From an uncultured Lachnobacterium sp. (GTDB lineage: Bacteria > Bacillota > Clostridia > Lachnospirales > Lachnospiraceae), in the NCBI GenBank assembly GCA_964614035.1, contig CAZTKM010000005.1, positions 10,028 through 74,027 on the forward strand: a DNA stretch of 64,000 bases, written 5' to 3'. The notes beneath the pieces were generated by a model. It worked only from the letters and a program-made list of their open reading frames with translations, was not told where the DNA came from and made no database searches. A program made the translations under genes and the position numbers. Each line of letters begins with the position of its first letter. Position 1 is the stretch's first letter. Below are positions 19,198 to 30,410 of the stretch, one piece after another.

Positions 19198-21066
19198 CTA
19201 GTTCTCTTCAACGTGGAAAAAACGGTATACCGCCTCCGCCGCCGCCCGGTTCACAGAATCCGTCAGCATCAGATCTTCCACATCGGCATTCCTTATATTC
19301 TCAAGGCTCTGATATCTTCTCATCAGCGCTTTCCTTCTTGCCGGTCCGATTCCTTCGATATCATCTAAGACAGAGTGCACCTGAGATTTTGAGCGGAGCG
19401 ATCTGTGATACTCGATTGCAAAACGGTGCGCTTCATCCTGTATCCGGGTAATCAGCTTAAATCCCTCGCTGTGCCTGTCAATCGGAAGCTCGACATTATG
19501 AAAGTAAAGGCCTCTGGTATTGTGATTGTCATCCTTTACCATTCCGCACACCGGAATCGAAAGGCCAAGCTCTTCCAGCACCGCCAGGCAGATATTAACC
19601 TGACCTCGTCCTCCATCCATCATAATGACATCCGGAAACCGGTTAAAGCTGCCCACACTCTCCGGAAGATCCTTTGTTTTAAGTTCTTCCTGCTCCTGCA
19701 TCCCATGCAGAAATCTTCTGGTAAGCACCTCGCGCATAGATGCATAATCATCCGGGCCGGATACGGTCTTAAGCTTAAATTTTCTGTAATCGCTTTTCTT
19801 GGGTTTTCCCTTTTCAAAAACAATCATGGAGCCTACCGTTTCAAACCCGCTGATATCGGAGATATCGTAGGCTTCCATACGGTTTATGCCCTTCAATCCG
19901 AGAATCTGTTCAATTTCCCGGACCGCGCCGATTGTCCGGCCCTCCTCGCGCTTAATCTTCTCTTTATCCTGATTCAGCACGAGCTCTGCGTTTTTCTTTG
20001 CAAGTTCAACCAGCCGTTCCTTCATTCCCTTCTGCGGAACCTTGATTGTGACCTTTCCGCCGCGCTTCTTTGTCAGCCATGCTTCGAGGACGTCCACGTC
20101 CTCAATATCGCTCTGAAGCATAATTTCCCGCGGAATGAAAGGAGTTCCAGAATAAAACTGCTTCACGAAATCATTCAGAATCTTTCCCTGCTCTTCCTCG
20201 GTTCCCACACGCACATGAAAATGATCTCTTCCGATAATCTTTCCGCTTCGAATAAAAAACACCTGCACCACAGCATCTGTGTCATCGCTTGCAAGCGCAA
20301 TGATATCCTTATCCTCTCCATCGCTGTTCGTAATTTTCTGTTTCTGCGCAATCTGCTTCACGCTGGAGAGGAGCTCCCGATATTCGATCGCCTTCTCAAA
20401 CTCCATCGCCTCAGACGCCTCCATCATCTTCTCCTGCAGTTCTTTGATGAGCGGTTTGTAATTGCCGTTTAAAAATTCCAGCGCCTGATTAACTCTCTCC
20501 CGATACTCTTCCCTGCTGATATTGCCCTGACAGGGCGCATCGCACTGATGAATATGGTAGTTCAGGCAGGCCCTCTCCAATCCGATATCCTGCGGAAGCT
20601 TCCGGTTACAGGTGCGCAGATGATAGAGCTTATTCATAAGCTCTATGATGTCCTTTACCGCTCCTGCGCTGGTATACGGTCCGAAATATTTGGAGCGGTC
20701 CTTTTTCATCTGTCTGGAAAAAAGGATCCTTGGATAGTCTTCCCCTACTGTGACGCGAATATAAGGATACGTTTTATCATCGCGAAGCATGGTATTGTAT
20801 TTTGGCGTATACTCTTTGATCAGATTGCACTCTAAAATGAGCGCCTCAAGCTCTGAGTCCGTAATAACATACTCAAACCATGCAATATTTTCCACCATCT
20901 GCTTTTTCTTGAGTCCTTCGTTATGACTCGGTTGAAAATACTGATGAACGCGTTTTCGAAGGCTGACCGCCTTACCAATATAGATGATTACATCATTTTT
21001 GTCATGCATAATATAAACTCCCGGTGTATCCGGGAGTTTACTCAATTCTTCCTGTATATCAAACAT
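19198..21066 (-). CDS. uvrC: Excinuclease ABC subunit C
   Basis: GIY-YIG (PGVY...YIGKA), [22 protein letters not shown], HhH GIGPARR; probable ATG at 21066. Confidence 0.96.
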   Translation of the reverse strand: MFDIQEELSKLPDTPGVYIMHDKNDVIIYIGKAVSLRKRVHQYFQPSHNEGLKKKQMVENIAWFEYVITDSELEALILECNLIKEYTPKYNTMLRDDKTYPYIRVTVGEDYPRILFSRQMKKDRSKYFGPYTSAGAVKDIIELMNKLYHLRTCNRKLPQDIGLERACLNYHIHQCDAPCQGNISREEYRERVNQALEFLNGNYKPLIKELQEKMMEASEAMEFEKAIEYRELLSSVKQIAQKQKITNSDGEDKDIIALASDDTDAVVQVFFIRSGKIIGRDHFHVRVGTEEEQGKILNDFVKQFYSGTPFIPREIMLQSDIEDVDVLEAWLTKKRGGKVTIKVPQKGMKERLVELAKKNAELVLNQDKEKIKREEGRTIGAVREIEQILGLKGINRMEAYDISDISGFETVGSMIVFEKGKPKKSDYRKFKLKTVSGPDDYASMREVLTRRFLHGMQEQEELKTKDLPESVGSFNRFPDVIMMDGGRGQVNICLAVLEELGLSIPVCGMVKDDNHNTRGLYFHNVELPIDRHSEGFKLITRIQDEAHRFAIEYHRSLRSKSQVHSVLDDIEGIGPARRKALMRRYQSLENIRNADVEDLMLTDSVNRAAAEAVYRFFHVEEN

Positions 21067-21067
21067 A

Positions 21068-23089
21068 TTATTCCTCAAACATGTCCTCGTTCTTTTCGGG
21101 TTCAGGTGCGCCATCTTCTTCCGGGAGTCCCTTCATCTGTCGGAACATCTTCATAAATTCCTTGCCGGTAATGGTTTCCTTCTCATACAGATAATCAGAG
21201 ATTTTATCCAAAATATTCCGGTTCTCGGTAAGAAGTCTGGATGCTTCATCATAGCTTGCCGTTATGATGTCCAATACTTCCTGATCAATCTCTGCTGCGG
21301 TATCCTCGCCGCAGATCAGTCCCGCCCTGCCTTCCAGATACTGGTTCTCAACCGTTGCAAGGCACATCATGCCAAACCTGTCAGACATACCGTACATGGT
21401 TACCATTGCCCGGGCAATCTTGGTAGCCTGCTCAATATCGTTTGCTGCTCCGCTCGTTGCGGTTCCGAAAACAATAACCTCCGCGGCACGTCCGCCCATG
21501 AAGGTTGCGATCTTTGCCAGAAGTTCATCCTTTGTCTCAAGGAACTTTTCTTCCTCGGGAGTCTGTAAGGTGTATCCCAATGCTCCCATTGTACGTGGAA
21601 CAATCGTAATCTTCTGAACAGGCTCCGTATTTTTCTGGAGCGCAGATACGAGTGCATGGCCAACCTCATGATAAGATACGATCTTGCGTTCCTTATCGCT
21701 CATCACGCGGTTCTTTTTTTCTTTTCCGCCGACGGCAACCAGTTCGAAGGCATCAAACAAATCGCTTTGATTCACGAACTTTCTTCCGTTTTTTACTGCG
21801 TTGATGGCTGCTTCATTGATCATATTGGCAAGATCCGAGCCAACCAGACCTGCCGTTGCAAGCGCAAGCGCATCCAGATCAACGGTCTCATCCATATGAA
21901 CATCCTTGGAATGAACCTTTAGTGTCTCAAGACGTCCCTTTAAGTCCGGCTTATCCACAATGATCCGTCTGTCGAAACGTCCCGGACGGAGAAGCGCCTT
22001 ATCAAGGACTTCCGGCCTGTTGGTCGCGGCAATCATCAGAATACCCTTTGAGGTGTCAAAACCGTCCATCTCGGCAAGAAGCTGGTTTAGCGTCTGCTCT
22101 CGCTCATCGTTGCCGCCGCCATAGCGGCTGTCACGATTTTTACCGATCGCATCAATCTCATCTATGAAGATAATGCATGGCGCCATCTTCTGCGCTTCTT
22201 TGAACAAATCACGCACACGTGAAGCGCCCATGCCGACAAACATCTCTACAAAATCCGATCCTGCCAGAGAAAGAAACGGAACATGAGCCTCTCCCGCTAC
22301 TGCCTTTGCAAGCAGCGTCTTACCGGTTCCGGGTGGTCCGACAAGCAGAGCTCCCTTTGGAAGCTTTGCCCCGATATCCTTATATTTCTTAGGATTATGC
22401 AAAAAATCAACGATTTCCTGCAAGGATTCCTTCGCTTCATCCTGTCCCGCTACATCCTTAAAGGTAACGCCGGTCGTCTTTTCTGTATAAATCTTGGCGG
22501 GAGACTTTCCCATTCCCATCGCTCCGCCGCCCATTCGCTTCATAAGGAATCCGAAGAGCACCCAAAGGATAACAAGGGGAATGATAAAGGTCAAAATATT
22601 GAGTATCCACGAGGATGTGTTATCCGGTATTTTTGAGGACACTTCAATCGGAAGTCCCTCGGAGGTTTTTGCAACTTTAATCTCCTGTATTAACGCAGGA
22701 TCGGTAATATATCCGGTGAAATATGTGATTTCAAAATCTTTTTCATCTTTTACCAGCGTATAATTAATCTGATAATTCTCAAATTCAATCGACTTTACGT
22801 TTTTTGATTCCAGCTGGGCAATGAACTCCGAGTAAGTGGTCTCTTTTGTGTTCATCTGTGCAAACCGGTTTGAGAACAGCGAAACAATGAACAGCAGAAT
22901 AAGCGCAACCATGATAAAGCTCATGATCATCTGACCGTTCTTATCGTTCTTATGATTGTCGCCTCCGCCATTATTCTTGTTATTACCGCTATTATTGCCG
23001 TTATTACCACTGTTTCCGTTATTATATGGACCGTTGCCGTTTCCATTATACGGGTTGTTATTATAGTTATTTGGTCCTTGGGTATCCAT
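21068..23089 (-). CDS. ftsH: ATP-dependent zinc metalloprotease FtsH
   Basis: Two TM helices, [24 protein letters not shown]; GGAGG RBS before ATG 23089; Asn/Gly-rich N-tail. Confidence 0.96.
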   Translation of the reverse strand: MDTQGPNNYNNNPYNGNGNGPYNNGNSGNNGNNSGNNKNNGGGDNHKNDKNGQMIMSFIMVALILLFIVSLFSNRFAQMNTKETTYSEFIAQLESKNVKSIEFENYQINYTLVKDEKDFEITYFTGYITDPALIQEIKVAKTSEGLPIEVSSKIPDNTSSWILNILTFIIPLVILWVLFGFLMKRMGGGAMGMGKSPAKIYTEKTTGVTFKDVAGQDEAKESLQEIVDFLHNPKKYKDIGAKLPKGALLVGPPGTGKTLLAKAVAGEAHVPFLSLAGSDFVEMFVGMGASRVRDLFKEAQKMAPCIIFIDEIDAIGKNRDSRYGGGNDEREQTLNQLLAEMDGFDTSKGILMIAATNRPEVLDKALLRPGRFDRRIIVDKPDLKGRLETLKVHSKDVHMDETVDLDALALATAGLVGSDLANMINEAAINAVKNGRKFVNQSDLFDAFELVAVGGKEKKNRVMSDKERKIVSYHEVGHALVSALQKNTEPVQKITIVPRTMGALGYTLQTPEEEKFLETKDELLAKIATFMGGRAAEVIVFGTATSGAANDIEQATKIARAMVTMYGMSDRFGMMCLATVENQYLEGRAGLICGEDTAAEIDQEVLDIITASYDEASRLLTENRNILDKISDYLYEKETITGKEFMKMFRQMKGLPEEDGAPEPEKNEDMFEE

Positions 23090-23319
23090 AAGCCCTCCAT
23101 TTTTCCAAAAGTGTATCATTTTTATTATATGTAAAAGATTACATAAAATCAATATTTTCATTGGTAAGTTTTTATAATATTAAGGTAAATTTTTTATAAA
23201 TTAGTTTTTTCATTTTTTTCTTTAAAAATAGTGGAATCAGAAATTTTCCCGCGGTATAATTGGAAGGTGTTTTTAAAATAGAGAAAGAGTTTGCTTTTGC
23301 ATTCGAGAGGAGAATCGTT

Positions 23320-24924
23320 ATGCCAGTGAAGTATGTATTTGTTACCGGCGGAGTCGTATCGGGACTTGGAAAAGGAATTACCGCCGCATCATTAGGACGT
23401 TTATTAAAAGCGCGCGGATACAAGGTTACCATGCAGAAATTTGATCCATATATCAACATTGATCCGGGAACAATGAATCCAATCCAGCATGGAGAGGTTT
23501 TTGTTACCGACGACGGAGCCGAAACCGATCTCGATTTAGGTCATTATGAGCGTTTTATCGACGAGAGTCTTACAAAACAGTCCAATGTAACTACCGGAAA
23601 AGTCTATTGGTCTGTTCTCCAGAAGGAGCGCCGCGGCGATTACGGCGGAGGGACCGTTCAGGTCATTCCGCACATTACCAATGAAATTAAAAGCCGTTTT
23701 TACAGAAACTACAGTACCGACGAAACCTTAATCGCCATTATCGAAGTCGGCGGAACCGTCGGAGATATCGAGAGCCAGCCGTTCCTCGAGGCAATCCGCC
23801 AGTTCCAGCAGGAGGTCGGACATGAGAATGCCATCCTCTGCCATGTAACCCTGATTCCTTATCTGAAAGCGTCCGGCGAGCTTAAAACAAAGCCAACCCA
23901 GCAGAGCGTTAAGGAACTGCAGGGTATGGGAATCCAGCCGGATATCATCGTCTGCCGCAGCGAACGCGGGATTGATCAGGGAATCAAGGATAAGATTGCG
24001 CTGTTCTGTAATGTTCCTAACACGCATGTGCTTCAGAATCTGGATGTTGAGTATTTGTATGAAGCGCCGCTTGCAATGGAAAAGGAGAATCTCGCGAAGG
24101 TTGCCTGCCAGTGCTTAAACCTTCCTTGCCCGGATCCCGATCTCTCTGACTGGGAGCAGATGGTAAACGATCTCAGGCACGCAGACAAGGAAGTCAAAAT
24201 TGCTTTGGTGGGCAAATATACCGCGCTGCACGATGCATATATTTCCGTTGTGGAAGCCTTAAAGCATGGCGGAATTCCACAGCATACAACCGTCAATATC
24301 AAATGGATCGATTCGGAAACCGTAACGGATGATAATGCCGCCGAAATACTATCCGATGTTCAGGGCATCATTGTTCCCGGCGGGTTTGGAAGCAGGGGTG
24401 TGGAAGGAATGATTTCCGCCGCAAAATACGCAAGGGAACATCAGATTCCTTATCTTGGTCTCTGCCTTGGCATGCAGGTGTCTATCATCGAATATGCCCG
24501 CCATGTCTGCGGGCTTTCAAATGCACACAGCATTGAGCTTGATCCGAACACGCCGCATCCGGTCATTGCGCTGCTTCCGGATCAGAACGGTGTTGAGGAT
24601 ATCGGAGGAACCCTTCGGCTTGGCTCCTACCCATGCGTGCTGGATGAATCCTCCAAAGCTTACGAAATGTACGGTTCAAAAGAAATTGCGGAGCGGCATC
24701 GCCACCGCTACGAAGTAAACAACGACTATCGGAACATCCTTACCCAGAACGGCATGAAGCTTTGTGGTCTCTCGCCGGACGGAAGAATCGTCGAGATGGT
24801 TGAAATTCCCGACCATCCCTGGTTTATTGCGACTCAGGCTCATCCCGAGCTCAAATCGCGGCCAAACAGGCCGCACCCACTGTTTGGCGGATTCATTGAG
24901 GCCGCGACACAAATTGCACGATAA
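23320..24924 (+). CDS. pyrG: CTP synthase
   Basis: [39 protein letters not shown]. Confidence 0.97.
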   Translation: MPVKYVFVTGGVVSGLGKGITAASLGRLLKARGYKVTMQKFDPYINIDPGTMNPIQHGEVFVTDDGAETDLDLGHYERFIDESLTKQSNVTTGKVYWSVLQKERRGDYGGGTVQVIPHITNEIKSRFYRNYSTDETLIAIIEVGGTVGDIESQPFLEAIRQFQQEVGHENAILCHVTLIPYLKASGELKTKPTQQSVKELQGMGIQPDIIVCRSERGIDQGIKDKIALFCNVPNTHVLQNLDVEYLYEAPLAMEKENLAKVACQCLNLPCPDPDLSDWEQMVNDLRHADKEVKIALVGKYTALHDAYISVVEALKHGGIPQHTTVNIKWIDSETVTDDNAAEILSDVQGIIVPGGFGSRGVEGMISAAKYAREHQIPYLGLCLGMQVSIIEYARHVCGLSNAHSIELDPNTPHPVIALLPDQNGVEDIGGTLRLGSYPCVLDESSKAYEMYGSKEIAERHRHRYEVNNDYRNILTQNGMKLCGLSPDGRIVEMVEIPDHPWFIATQAHPELKSRPNRPHPLFGGFIEAATQIAR

Positions 24925-24944
24925 GAGCATATTGCCTACATAAT

Positions 24945-25022
24945 AAAAACCCCGCCCGGTACCACATTTTCTGTAGAGTGCGATGCACTCGAAGCCTTTG
25001 TTATACCGGGCGGGAACTTTTT
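24945..25022. terminator. Bidirectional terminator with a large structured loop
   Basis: CCCGCCCGGTA...TACCGGGCGGG between convergent pyrG and DUF1846 genes, A/T runs on both sides. Confidence 0.65.
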
Positions 25023-26509
25023 TACTTATGGTACATCCGATTTGTTTCTTCGTATTTTGGTTCGCAGGTCAGATGCATGCCGAGCTTCTTAAAGGTCTGC
25101 TCGTCAACAGAAGAAAGCAGTACCGTTGAATGAACCTCACATCCTTTTAACCGGTTGAGCTGCTCCATCGCTTTCGCCGCATCTGCATTTCCCGTTGCGG
25201 TTGCGGAAAGAGCGATTAAGATTTCATCTGAATGCAGTCTTGGGTTTTTGCTTCCAAGGTACTCGGTCTTTAGCTGCTGAATCGGAGCAATATTCTCAGA
25301 AGATACAAGCTCCAATTCATGATTGATCCCGGCCAGCGCCTTAATTGCATTGAGCAGAACCGCTGCGGATGCGCCAAGCAGTTCCCCGGTCTTTCCGGTT
25401 ACAATCGTTCCGTCGGCAAGTTCGATTGCCGCCGCCGGACGTCCGCCGCAGGCCTCTTCGCGGGCCAGCGCCGCTTTTACGACCGGCCGGTCCTCCACTG
25501 TAATTCCTGCCTGCTTCATCAGAAGCTCCAACTTGTAGATATCGTCCTTTGTCTGTCCGCAGCGTTTTTTGTCGCCCAGACACTTGTAGTATCTGCGGAT
25601 AATCTCCTGTCTGGAAGCCTCGCAGCAGGCCTCGTCATCGCAGATACAGTTTCCGGCCATGTTTACACCCATGTCCGTCGGCGATTTGTACGGACTTCCT
25701 CCGTATATTAACTCGAACATTGCATTGACAACCGGAAAGATTTCAATATCCCGGTTATAATTGATTGTAGTTACACCATATGCCTCCAGATGGAACGGAT
25801 CAATCATATTTACATCATTCAGATCCGCCGTCGCGGCTTCATATGCCAGATTTACCGGATGCTTCAGCGGAATATTCCAGATTGGAAAGGTCTCAAACTT
25901 TGCGTATCCGGCCTGTATGCCTCTCTTATGTTCATGATACAGCTGCGACAGACAGGTTGCCATCTTTCCGCTTCCCGGCCCGGGGGCGGTAATCACTACG
26001 AGCGGCCGGGTAGTCTCAATATAATCATTTTTTCCGTATCCTTCGTCGCTTACAATTTTTTCCACATCCCCCGGATATCCCGGAATCTTATAATGACGGT
26101 ATGAGCGGATGCCAAGCTCTTCCAAACGCTTCTCGAAATGCTCTGCCGCCGGCTGTCCCGCATACTTTGTCAGGCAGACGCTTCCAACCATAAGTCCGAC
26201 GCCGGAGAACGCGTCGATCAGCCGAAGAACGTCCATATCGTATGTAATCCCATAATCGCCGCGGATCTTGTTCTCCTCAATATCTTCCGCACTGATTACA
26301 ATCACAATCTCCGCCTGCTCCTTTAATTTTAAAAGCATCTGCAGCTTCGAATCCGGCTCAAATCCCGGAAGAACGCGCGACGCATGATAATCGTCAAAGA
26401 GCTTTCCGCCGAATTCCAGATACAATTTATTATCGAATTTTTTTATTCTCTCCATGATATGGGAGGACTGCATTTTCAAATACTTTTCGTTGTCAAATCC
26501 TTTTTTCAT
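25022..26509 (-). CDS. DUF1846 (UPF0371) P-loop protein
   Basis: [45 protein letters not shown]. Confidence 0.9.
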   Translation of the reverse strand: MKKGFDNEKYLKMQSSHIMERIKKFDNKLYLEFGGKLFDDYHASRVLPGFEPDSKLQMLLKLKEQAEIVIVISAEDIEENKIRGDYGITYDMDVLRLIDAFSGVGLMVGSVCLTKYAGQPAAEHFEKRLEELGIRSYRHYKIPGYPGDVEKIVSDEGYGKNDYIETTRPLVVITAPGPGSGKMATCLSQLYHEHKRGIQAGYAKFETFPIWNIPLKHPVNLAYEAATADLNDVNMIDPFHLEAYGVTTINYNRDIEIFPVVNAMFELIYGGSPYKSPTDMGVNMAGNCICDDEACCEASRQEIIRRYYKCLGDKKRCGQTKDDIYKLELLMKQAGITVEDRPVVKAALAREEACGGRPAAAIELADGTIVTGKTGELLGASAAVLLNAIKALAGINHELELVSSENIAPIQQLKTEYLGSKNPRLHSDEILIALSATATGNADAAKAMEQLNRLKGCEVHSTVLLSSVDEQTFKKLGMHLTCEPKYEETNRMYHK

Positions 26510-26532
26510 CTTTATCCCCTGTCCGCCAAAAA

Positions 26533-26709
26533 TCACATCTGATGCCTTACGACCAGATACTCATCGCCCGATTTAAAAAACGGGCATTCCTTGTAATTGC
26601 TCTGAACAAATCGGGCCATATCGTCCTCATCCATATTCACAGAGCAATAATATTCCTCATCATTTTCGTCATATTCGTTGTATGCGCAAAAATCACAGCT
26701 GGTCTGCAT
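26533..26709 (-). CDS. Small Cys-rich protein (DUF6472-like), not in ORF track
   Basis: Hand translation [58 protein letters not shown]; AGAGG RBS; packed in the operon. Confidence 0.8.
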   Translation of the reverse strand: MQTSCDFCAYNEYDENDEEYYCSVNMDEDDMARFVQSNYKECPFFKSGDEYLVVRHQM

Positions 26710-26710
26710 A

Positions 26711-27118
26711 TCATCGCCTCTTTATCATATCTTCAATCTTTTCATCAAACAGCCGCCCTAAAAATTCTGTGAGCAGTTTCTCTAACGTTGTCCAATAAAC
26801 AAAGGTAATCTCATCCTGGTCTTCCATGGTGCAGCTTACGTCCATAACCGCATCTGCTATTTCCGGATTTAAGGCATCAAATACCTCTTCGACAATAGCC
26901 TCAAACTCCCCATAAATATAGCTTCTTAAATATACAACAAAGTTCTTCTTTGTAAGCTTTGCAAAATCCACCGTATCTATAAAAAGCTCGTCCGCTCCGC
27001 ATGATAGCACGCCTTCAAATTCCGGCCTGACATTTTCATAATCAACCGCGCAGTAATTCTCATGGAAAAAAGTATCAAATACCTCTTGATCAATTACCGG
27101 GGCTTTCTCGTTTGCCAT
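26711..27118 (-). CDS. Hypothetical acidic protein
   Basis: 135-aa ORF from MANEKAP with AGGA RBS; co-oriented in the operon. Confidence 0.7.
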   Translation of the reverse strand: MANEKAPVIDQEVFDTFFHENYCAVDYENVRPEFEGVLSCGADELFIDTVDFAKLTKKNFVVYLRSYIYGEFEAIVEEVFDALNPEIADAVMDVSCTMEDQDEITFVYWTTLEKLLTEFLGRLFDEKIEDMIKRR

Positions 27119-27161
27119 ATGTTTTCCTGTCCTTTCGCCTGATACAGACTGTATCGCAATC

Positions 27162-27338
27162 TTAAACAAATTGGTTTTTGTCTGCGTCATAATGGTAATG
27201 AATGGTATCCAGCTTTGCGGCAATCTCTGACTCTTCCACCATATATGCCGCGGCGAGCTCCTTTAGATTGGGATAGTGGTCACGAAGCTGCGTGTTCATA
27301 AAGCTCAGCAGCATTACCGGATCCTTGGGCATGTTCAT
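27162..27338 (-). CDS. DUF4250-family small protein, not in ORF track
   Basis: Hand translation MNMPKDPVMLLSFMNTQLRDHYPNL...YHYDADKNQFV; ATGA overlap with the NUDIX stop. Confidence 0.85.
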   Translation of the reverse strand: MNMPKDPVMLLSFMNTQLRDHYPNLKELAAAYMVEESEIAAKLDTIHYHYDADKNQFV

Positions 27339-27847
27339 TTTGCTTCCTCCTCAAATACCTGTCTGATGCTGTCATAATGCAAGAAGATTCCCTGCGCGGC
27401 AAGCTCCTTAATTTCATCTAACGATGCAAGCTTAAAGCCGAGTGCCTCCTCCTTTTGAATCTTCACATCATTCTCATCAAAATCCAGCTCAAAACGATAG
27501 ACATCTACAAAATAGTTATCGCCCTTGCCGGGGTTTTCCCTATGGTAGGTCATTGCCAGTTTTCCCTTGCAGTCTGAGACATCAAGGCCAACCTCTTCTC
27601 TCACTTCGCGGCAGACCGCCTCAAAGGATTCCTCCCCTGCCATAACGCCGCCGCCGGATACCTCCCACCAGCCCGGCGCCCATGCTTTTGACATCACGCG
27701 CTGCGTAATCAGGAAGCGTCCGTCCGGGCGTCTGATTACCCCGAGAACAGACAGATGGTATTCATCATCCTTTAAAATCCAGTCGTTTCTTTTCATGGTA
27801 CGACCTGTTTTTTGCTTATTCCTATCATAAATATCCCAATATTCCAT
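27335..27847 (-). CDS. NUDIX hydrolase
   Basis: Nudix box GGVMAGEESFEAVCREVREEVGL. Confidence 0.9.
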   Translation of the reverse strand: MEYWDIYDRNKQKTGRTMKRNDWILKDDEYHLSVLGVIRRPDGRFLITQRVMSKAWAPGWWEVSGGGVMAGEESFEAVCREVREEVGLDVSDCKGKLAMTYHRENPGKGDNYFVDVYRFELDFDENDVKIQKEEALGFKLASLDEIKELAAQGIFLHYDSIRQVFEEEAK

Positions 27848-27889
27848 GGCTGCCTCCCGAAAAAAACTATCGTTTATTATAGCACAGGT

Positions 27890-28474
27890 TCATTGCCTAA
27901 GTAAAATACTATTTAATTCCTTCCGAAGCTGCTTCGCTCCCGGAAGATAGCGCTCCATCAATTTCCAGAACCTTGCGTTATGGCTCGGCTCCAGCAAATG
28001 GGTAAGCTCATGTACCACGACATATTCCACATATTTGTCAGGAACCTGCGCCAACGCAAAATTAAAGTTCAGATGTCCGGTCTTCACATTGCATGAGCCC
28101 CATCTGGTCTTCATCTTTTTGATGGTAAAGCCGTCTGATTTCACGCCCATCGCCGGTTCATACTTCTCTATAAATACCGTAATCTTCCGCTTCAAATCGC
28201 GGCGCATCTCGCGCTCCATAAAGGGGACAATGACAGGCGCATTTTCCTCCTTCTTTTTCCTTTCTGTTATCCGAATCTGCGCATCCCGGATCCATGCGCT
28301 CCGTTCATTTACAAAACGAAGAATCTCGGCGTCCGGCACCGAAAGCGGGGCGGATACTTCCACGATACCGGTATCCTCCTTTACCCGCAGATACATATTT
28401 TTTATATTTTTGCGTCTGATATGAATCCGAATATCTCCGGCGTTTTGCATATACTCCTTCTGCTCCATCCGCAT
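27890..28474 (-). CDS. YgjP-like (DUF45/M48-type) zinc-dependent hydrolase
   Basis: KTRWGSCN, YVVVHELTHL (HExxH), SHNARFW. Confidence 0.88.
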   Translation of the reverse strand: MRMEQKEYMQNAGDIRIHIRRKNIKNMYLRVKEDTGIVEVSAPLSVPDAEILRFVNERSAWIRDAQIRITERKKKEENAPVIVPFMEREMRRDLKRKITVFIEKYEPAMGVKSDGFTIKKMKTRWGSCNVKTGHLNFNFALAQVPDKYVEYVVVHELTHLLEPSHNARFWKLMERYLPGAKQLRKELNSILLRQ

Positions 28475-28524
28475 CTTTGTCTATCCTCGCACATTTTCCC
28501 ACAATCGCCGCCGCAGTTCTCCGG

Positions 28525-29514
28525 TCAGTCCTGATACACTTCCAATATTTCCTTTATGTAGCATTTGTAATCCAAGGCCACATCCTCCGGCGCATGAATC
28601 CGGATCTGCTTTCCGAATCCGGATATCCATCCGAAAAACTGCGGGCTCACTTCCACGTCAACTCTTGCAAGCACATGGTCTTCATCAAATTTCCGAAGCG
28701 CAACTTCTGTTCCGAACCGGTCAATCATTACTCCTGTAAGAGACTTATTGCAAAGGAGGGATACTGTGCGTTTATCTCCCGCAAACATTCCGAAGGTTCT
28801 CCGGGAAAGCTCCGACACATTCAGACTGTCAAACGCCTCTTTTCCCTCTCTCTCCTTGTCGCTGATTGCAATATGGAGCATCTTATCCACACGATAGTGC
28901 TTCATGGTGTCTGCTTCCTCATCATATGCAATCAGATAATAATTTTCGTTATCCCATGTCAGAAGCCAGGGACTTACCTCGTAGAAAGCGCCGTCCTTAC
29001 GCAGCTTCATTTCCTTGTTCACGTCCCACTCAAAATAGTGATAGCGTACCTTCCTGTTCCTTGCGATAGCCTCGTAAATCATATCTACACTATAATAGAT
29101 ATTCTCATTGACCGCTTTTCCCCGGTCCGAAACTATGACCTGGCGCTGCAGCGCTTTCGCATCGAAGCCGCTTACCTGTTTCTCAAGCTTTTTTATGAGC
29201 TCGCGTGATTTCTTTGTCGTAATGAATTTCGCGGCCTGAACCAGATCAACCATGAGCTTTACCTCCGCCAGCTCAAAATCGCGGCTCGCCAAAAAATACC
29301 CGCCCTTCGGCCCGCCGGCATGCACAATGTCAAAGCCAAATTCATTCAACGCCTCAATGTCATCATATACACTTTTCCGTTCCGCTTTGATATCATTCGC
29401 CGCCAGATATTCTATGAGCCGCGGCGTCGAAACCACATGCTTTTCATCGGTCCTTTCCATAAAATATTTCGCCAGATACAGCAGCTTCTGTTTCTGTTTT
29501 TGAGATTTCGGCAT
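28525..29514 (-). CDS. HTH-WYL-WCX transcriptional regulator
   Basis: N-terminal wHTH (ERKSVYDDIEAL), WYL core (VSPWLL...NYYLIA...YRVDKM), FFGWISGFG. Confidence 0.9.
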   Translation of the reverse strand: MPKSQKQKQKLLYLAKYFMERTDEKHVVSTPRLIEYLAANDIKAERKSVYDDIEALNEFGFDIVHAGGPKGGYFLASRDFELAEVKLMVDLVQAAKFITTKKSRELIKKLEKQVSGFDAKALQRQVIVSDRGKAVNENIYYSVDMIYEAIARNRKVRYHYFEWDVNKEMKLRKDGAFYEVSPWLLTWDNENYYLIAYDEEADTMKHYRVDKMLHIAISDKEREGKEAFDSLNVSELSRRTFGMFAGDKRTVSLLCNKSLTGVMIDRFGTEVALRKFDEDHVLARVDVEVSPQFFGWISGFGKQIRIHAPEDVALDYKCYIKEILEVYQD

Positions 29515-29529
29515 ATGATTCTTCCCTCC

Positions 29530-29810
29530 TCTTATAAATCACTGCGCATATCAATAGTACGATTGGAAAAAGGATTGCGGCAAACAATCCGTATTTCAAA
29601 TTGTCGGAAAAACGCTCTGCCACAAATCCTACTATGGTCGGGCCGCCTCCGCATCCTATGTCTCCGGCGAGCGCCGTAAGTGCAAACATTGCGGTACCTC
29701 CCTTCGGCATTTTCGCCGATGCCCACTGACTCATGGCCTGCTCCGATGCGCCGGCTGTAATCATGAGTACAAAAAACAGCCAGAACAGCCTGCTTTTGAA
29801 AAGCTCCCGT
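29530..29810 (-). pseudogene. MFS transporter remnant (C-terminal part with an internal deletion)
   Basis: ...AGASEQAMSQWASA joined directly to KMPKGGTAMFALTALAGDIGCGGGP...; several TM helices and the whole N-terminal half appear absent. Confidence 0.7.
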
Positions 29811-30275
29811 ACATCCTTCAAAGTATCTGTCTGTATCCGAGTACTTGCTCTCACTGATCCGGTTCCCATAGGAGTCGGTATAAATCGTATAGGTTCCCAT
29901 ATAATTCGGCGAATCCTTCGCATACATCAAAATCCGATTATACATCTTCCCTTCACGAAGGGAAATTGCGCTTTTTGCAATATAGCTGTCCGACACCCCT
30001 GCCCTTACCACATCTTCCTCGATATAGTAATACGCCTGTTCCTCCGGATCATAATACCCTTCGGTTTTGTTCTCAATAATATCCGGTTCCGATTCTCCTG
30101 CCAAGGAATCGTCATATGTAATTGTAATCAGACCGGTTGCCTCTTCACTTACTTCGTAAAAAAACTGGTTGAATACAGACCTTCCTCCTCAATCAAAGAG
30201 CAGACAATCTCTAACTGTCCGTTCTGATCAAGATCGCTCATCATATAATACCGGATATCTTTTTGCACAACTTCA
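29810..30275 (-). pseudogene. Frameshifted fragment of an extracellular/lipoprotein-like protein
   Basis: YYMMSDLDQNGQLEIVC...YSTSF continues as YEVSEEATG...ESEPDII in another frame across the T7 run (30158-30164); no clear start; abuts the MFS fragment. Confidence 0.55.
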
Positions 30276-30375
30276 CGAAAAAATATGAGTTTCGCAATTA
30301 CCTGTTCTTTTCCTAGCATATCCTAATTCTGGTCATTTTTCCAGCATAACGTAAAAAAAAGGAATGTTGATTTTA

Positions 30376-30410
30376 TTGTCGATTTTTGTCTTTCATGCTA
30401 AAATGCAGAT
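30376..30410 (+). promoter_or_regulatory. SigA promoter predicting a leaderless nth mRNA
   Basis: TTGTCG (30376-30381), 17 nt, TG-c-TAAAAT (30399-30404), 6 nt, ATG 30411; no SD. Confidence 0.65.

Noticed and set aside
19405-20472. Long antisense ORFs (355 aa opposite uvrC; also 32961-34025, 28477-29208, 50604-51365, 5420-6121)
   Set aside because: Shadow frames of well-conserved genes, with no RBS or recognisable motifs
21951-21959. DnaA box TTATCCACA (also near 28882)
   Set aside because: Isolated single boxes inside coding sequence; no origin-like cluster
18113-23161. Long N-terminal extensions in the ORF track for hprK, uvrC and ftsH (likewise pyrG and the HelD-like gene)
   Set aside because: Downstream ATGs fit the conserved N-termini and mostly have clear SD motifs; the extensions are longest-ORF artefacts
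23240-23320. B. subtilis-type pyrG reiterative-transcription attenuator
   Set aside because: No GGGC start and no leader terminator hairpin between TATAAT and the RBS
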